Shown here one piece after another: positions 61,816 to 64,000 of a stretch of DNA of 64,000 bases. The DNA comes from an uncultured Rhizobium sp. (lineage in GTDB: Bacteria > Pseudomonadota > Alphaproteobacteria > Micropepsales > Micropepsaceae). Below the pieces are notes generated by a model. That model did no database searches and had not been told where the DNA came from. It was given only the letters and a program-made list of their open reading frames with translations. How positions within the stretch are numbered: position 1 is the first letter of the stretch; every line of letters starts with the position of its first letter. Location of the stretch: positions 6,553-70,552 of the forward strand of contig CAZEFQ010000168.1 in the NCBI GenBank assembly GCA_964511505.1, in the 5' to 3' direction. Position numbers and translations under genes: made by a program.

Positions 61816-64000
61816 ATGCGCCGTTCGGCTTTCCTCATTCTTGGCGGCCTCCTCCTGGCGGGGTCGTCTGCCGCCCAGCCGCCGCCTGCCGATCTCCTCC
61901 AACAGTTCGACAGCCACATCAATCCCAATGATATCCGCGACTGGATGAAGCAGATGGCGGCCGAGCCCAATCATGTGGGTTCGCCGCATGACAAGGCCAA
62001 TGCCGATTTCATCCTGGCCCAGTTCAAGAGCTGGGGCTGGGACGCGCATATCGAAACCTACAAGGTGCTGTATCCCACTCCTGTCAGCGAAACCCTGGAA
62101 ATGCAGGGCCCCAAGTCCTTTACCGCGACCCTGCAGGAACGGCCGATCCCAGGCGACTCCAGCGCCAGCTTCAAGGAGCCGCCGCTGCCCGCTTACCTCG
62201 AATATCAGGGCGACGGCGATGTCACCGCGCCCCTGGTCTATGTCAATTACGGCTATGTCGACGATTACAAGCGGCTGGAGCAGCTCGGCATCTCGGTCAA
62301 GGGCAAGATCGCCATCGTCCGCTATGGCCAGGGCTGGCGCGGTCTCAAGGTCAAGCTGGCGCAGGATCATGGCGCGGTGGGCACGCTGATCTATTCTGAT
62401 CCCGCCGATGACGGCTATTCCATCGACGCCCCCTATCCGGAGGGCGCGTCGCGCCCGCCCCAGGGCATCCAGCGCGGATCCTCGATGGATATGATGATCT
62501 ATCCGGGCGATCCGCTGACGCCGCGTGTCGGTGCCACCGATGACGCCAAGCGCCTCAGCCGCGAGGAAGCACCGACCATCCTGAAGATTCCCGCGCTCCC
62601 CATCTCCTATGCCGATGCCAGTGTCCTGATGGCGGCGATGGACGGGCCCGTGGCGCCGGCCAATTGGCGCGGCCATATGAACATCACCTATCGCGTCGGC
62701 GGCGGCGGGCCGCCGGTGCATCTGGCGGTCAAGTCCGAATGGAGTCTCAAACCGGTCTATGACGTGATCGCCACCCTCAAAGGCGGCAGCGCGCCCGACC
62801 AATGGGTGATCCGCGGCAATCACCATGACGGCTGGGTGGCCGGCGCCAGCGATCCCATGGCGGGCATGACCGCGATGATGGCCGAAGCCAAGGCCTTGGG
62901 CGCGATGCGCAAGGCCGGCTGGAGGCCCAAGCGCACCATCGTTTACACCAGCTGGGACGGGGAGGAGGCGCATCTCCTGGGTTCGACCGAATGGGCCGAG
63001 GACCATGCCGCCGAGATCCAGAAAAAGGCGGTGGTCTATCTCAACAGCGACGGCAATGGCCGCGGCATTCTCAATGTCAGCGGCAGTGAGGATATGGAGA
63101 AATTCGCCGATGATGCGATCACGGGACTGATGGACCCCGAAACCGGCAGACCGGTGGCGGAGCGCCGCCGCGCCCGGTTGCGCCTGGCGCAGGGCGATGA
63201 TCATGCCCGCTTCATGGGCCGTGTAGCTGCTGATCCCGCCAAAGACATGCCGGTTGAACCTTTGGGTTCAGGGTCGGATTTTTCCGTCTTCTTGCAATAT
63301 CTGGGCATCGAAACATTGGATTTCGGTTATGGCGGCGAAGGCAGCTCCACCGGCGTCTATCACTCCCGCTATGATACCTTTGAGCATCACAGCCGCTTCG
63401 TCGATCCCGGTTTTGTCTATGATGCGCTTCTGGCCAAGACCATCGGCCGGGCCGTGCTGCTGGCGGCGGACAGTGATTTGCCGCTGCAACAGAGCAGCGA
63501 CTTCGCCCAGGCTGCCGCGCAATATGACAGCGAATTGAAAAAGCTGGCCGACGACAACCGCTCCGCGGCGGAAACCCAGGCCAAGCTGCTCGCCGCGGGC
63601 GTCTATGATGCGGCGGCGGATCCCACCAAATCGCACGCCAACCCGACGCCCTTGAAGGCGGTGCCCCGGTTTGATTTCGGCCCGCTGGACAATGCGATCG
63701 CCGCCTTGACCAGAAGCGCGGCGGCTTATGACGCGGCCGTGACGGCGAAAGCCCCGCAGCTTTCGGCCAAGGACCGCGCCAGACTGATGGCGCTGATGCA
63801 GCCGTTGGACCAGACGCTTTTGTCGGAAGTGGGGCTTCCCGGACGGAGCTGGTACAAGAGCCTGCTTTATGCGCCCGGACGCTTTACCGGCTATGGCGCC
63901 AAGACCATGCCGGGCATCCGTGAGGCGATCGAGGAGGAGCGTTTTGACGACGCCGCCAAATATATCGGGCTTACAGCCGCGGCCTTGAATGCTTATGCGG
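61816..64000 (+). CDS. Secreted M28 peptidase, glutamate carboxypeptidase II / transferrin-receptor-like (runs off window end)
   Basis: Not in ORF track. MRRSAFLILGG signal peptide, PA domain (YVNYG, YSDP), GNHHDGW, WDGEE, GSGSDF, YHSRYD. Confidence 0.9.
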   Translation, partial: MRRSAFLILGGLLLAGSSAAQPPPADLLQQFDSHINPNDIRDWMKQMAAEPNHVGSPHDKANADFILAQFKSWGWDAHIETYKVLYPTPVSETLEMQGPKSFTATLQERPIPGDSSASFKEPPLPAYLEYQGDGDVTAPLVYVNYGYVDDYKRLEQLGISVKGKIAIVRYGQGWRGLKVKLAQDHGAVGTLIYSDPADDGYSIDAPYPEGASRPPQGIQRGSSMDMMIYPGDPLTPRVGATDDAKRLSREEAPTILKIPALPISYADASVLMAAMDGPVAPANWRGHMNITYRVGGGGPPVHLAVKSEWSLKPVYDVIATLKGGSAPDQWVIRGNHHDGWVAGASDPMAGMTAMMAEAKALGAMRKAGWRPKRTIVYTSWDGEEAHLLGSTEWAEDHAAEIQKKAVVYLNSDGNGRGILNVSGSEDMEKFADDAITGLMDPETGRPVAERRRARLRLAQGDDHARFMGRVAADPAKDMPVEPLGSGSDFSVFLQYLGIETLDFGYGGEGSSTGVYHSRYDTFEHHSRFVDPGFVYDALLAKTIGRAVLLAADSDLPLQQSSDFAQAAAQYDSELKKLADDNRSAAETQAKLLAAGVYDAAADPTKSHANPTPLKAVPRFDFGPLDNAIAALTRSAAAYDAAVTAKAPQLSAKDRARLMALMQPLDQTLLSEVGLPGRSWYKSLLYAPGRFTGYGAKTMPGIREAIEEERFDDAAKYIGLTAAALNAYA

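Overview
High-GC alphaproteobacterial chromosome segment; the genus cannot be determined from sequence alone. Positions 1-22970 are core genome: GNAT-folA, mrp, degQ, serB, miaA, an attenuated ilvIH-lysE-ilvC operon, a CBS histidine kinase, a NitT/TauT-type ABC pair, leuA with a Leu-codon leader, mreBCD-mrdA-rodA and tRNA-Lys(CTT). Positions ~23000-57900 form an accessory region with at least 14 FNR/FixK-type boxes (TTGAT-N4-ATCAA and variants), all intergenic and upstream of transcription units. Its gene content resembles a low-oxygen/dormancy regulon: a zeta-like F1Fo inhibitor heading a beta-CASP nuclease / AMP-phosphorylase-like / PRPP-synthetase-like / P-type ATPase operon, plus BON, USP, a second FtsH, ChaB, hydrolase-PRTase-erythromycin esterase-ligase, nitroreductase, orphan CheB, phosphoketolase-acetate kinase and HdeD. 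In six genes the start codon sits 40.5-41.5 bp from the box centre, which predicts leaderless mRNAs. The main hypothesis is a hypoxia-induced module that recycles RNA to ribose phosphates and ATP while blocking ATP hydrolysis by F1Fo. The window ends with two MFS transporters, a DSD1-family PLP enzyme and a truncated M28 peptidase. No integrase, transposase or CRISPR array was seen. All calls come from reading motifs by eye; no searches were run.
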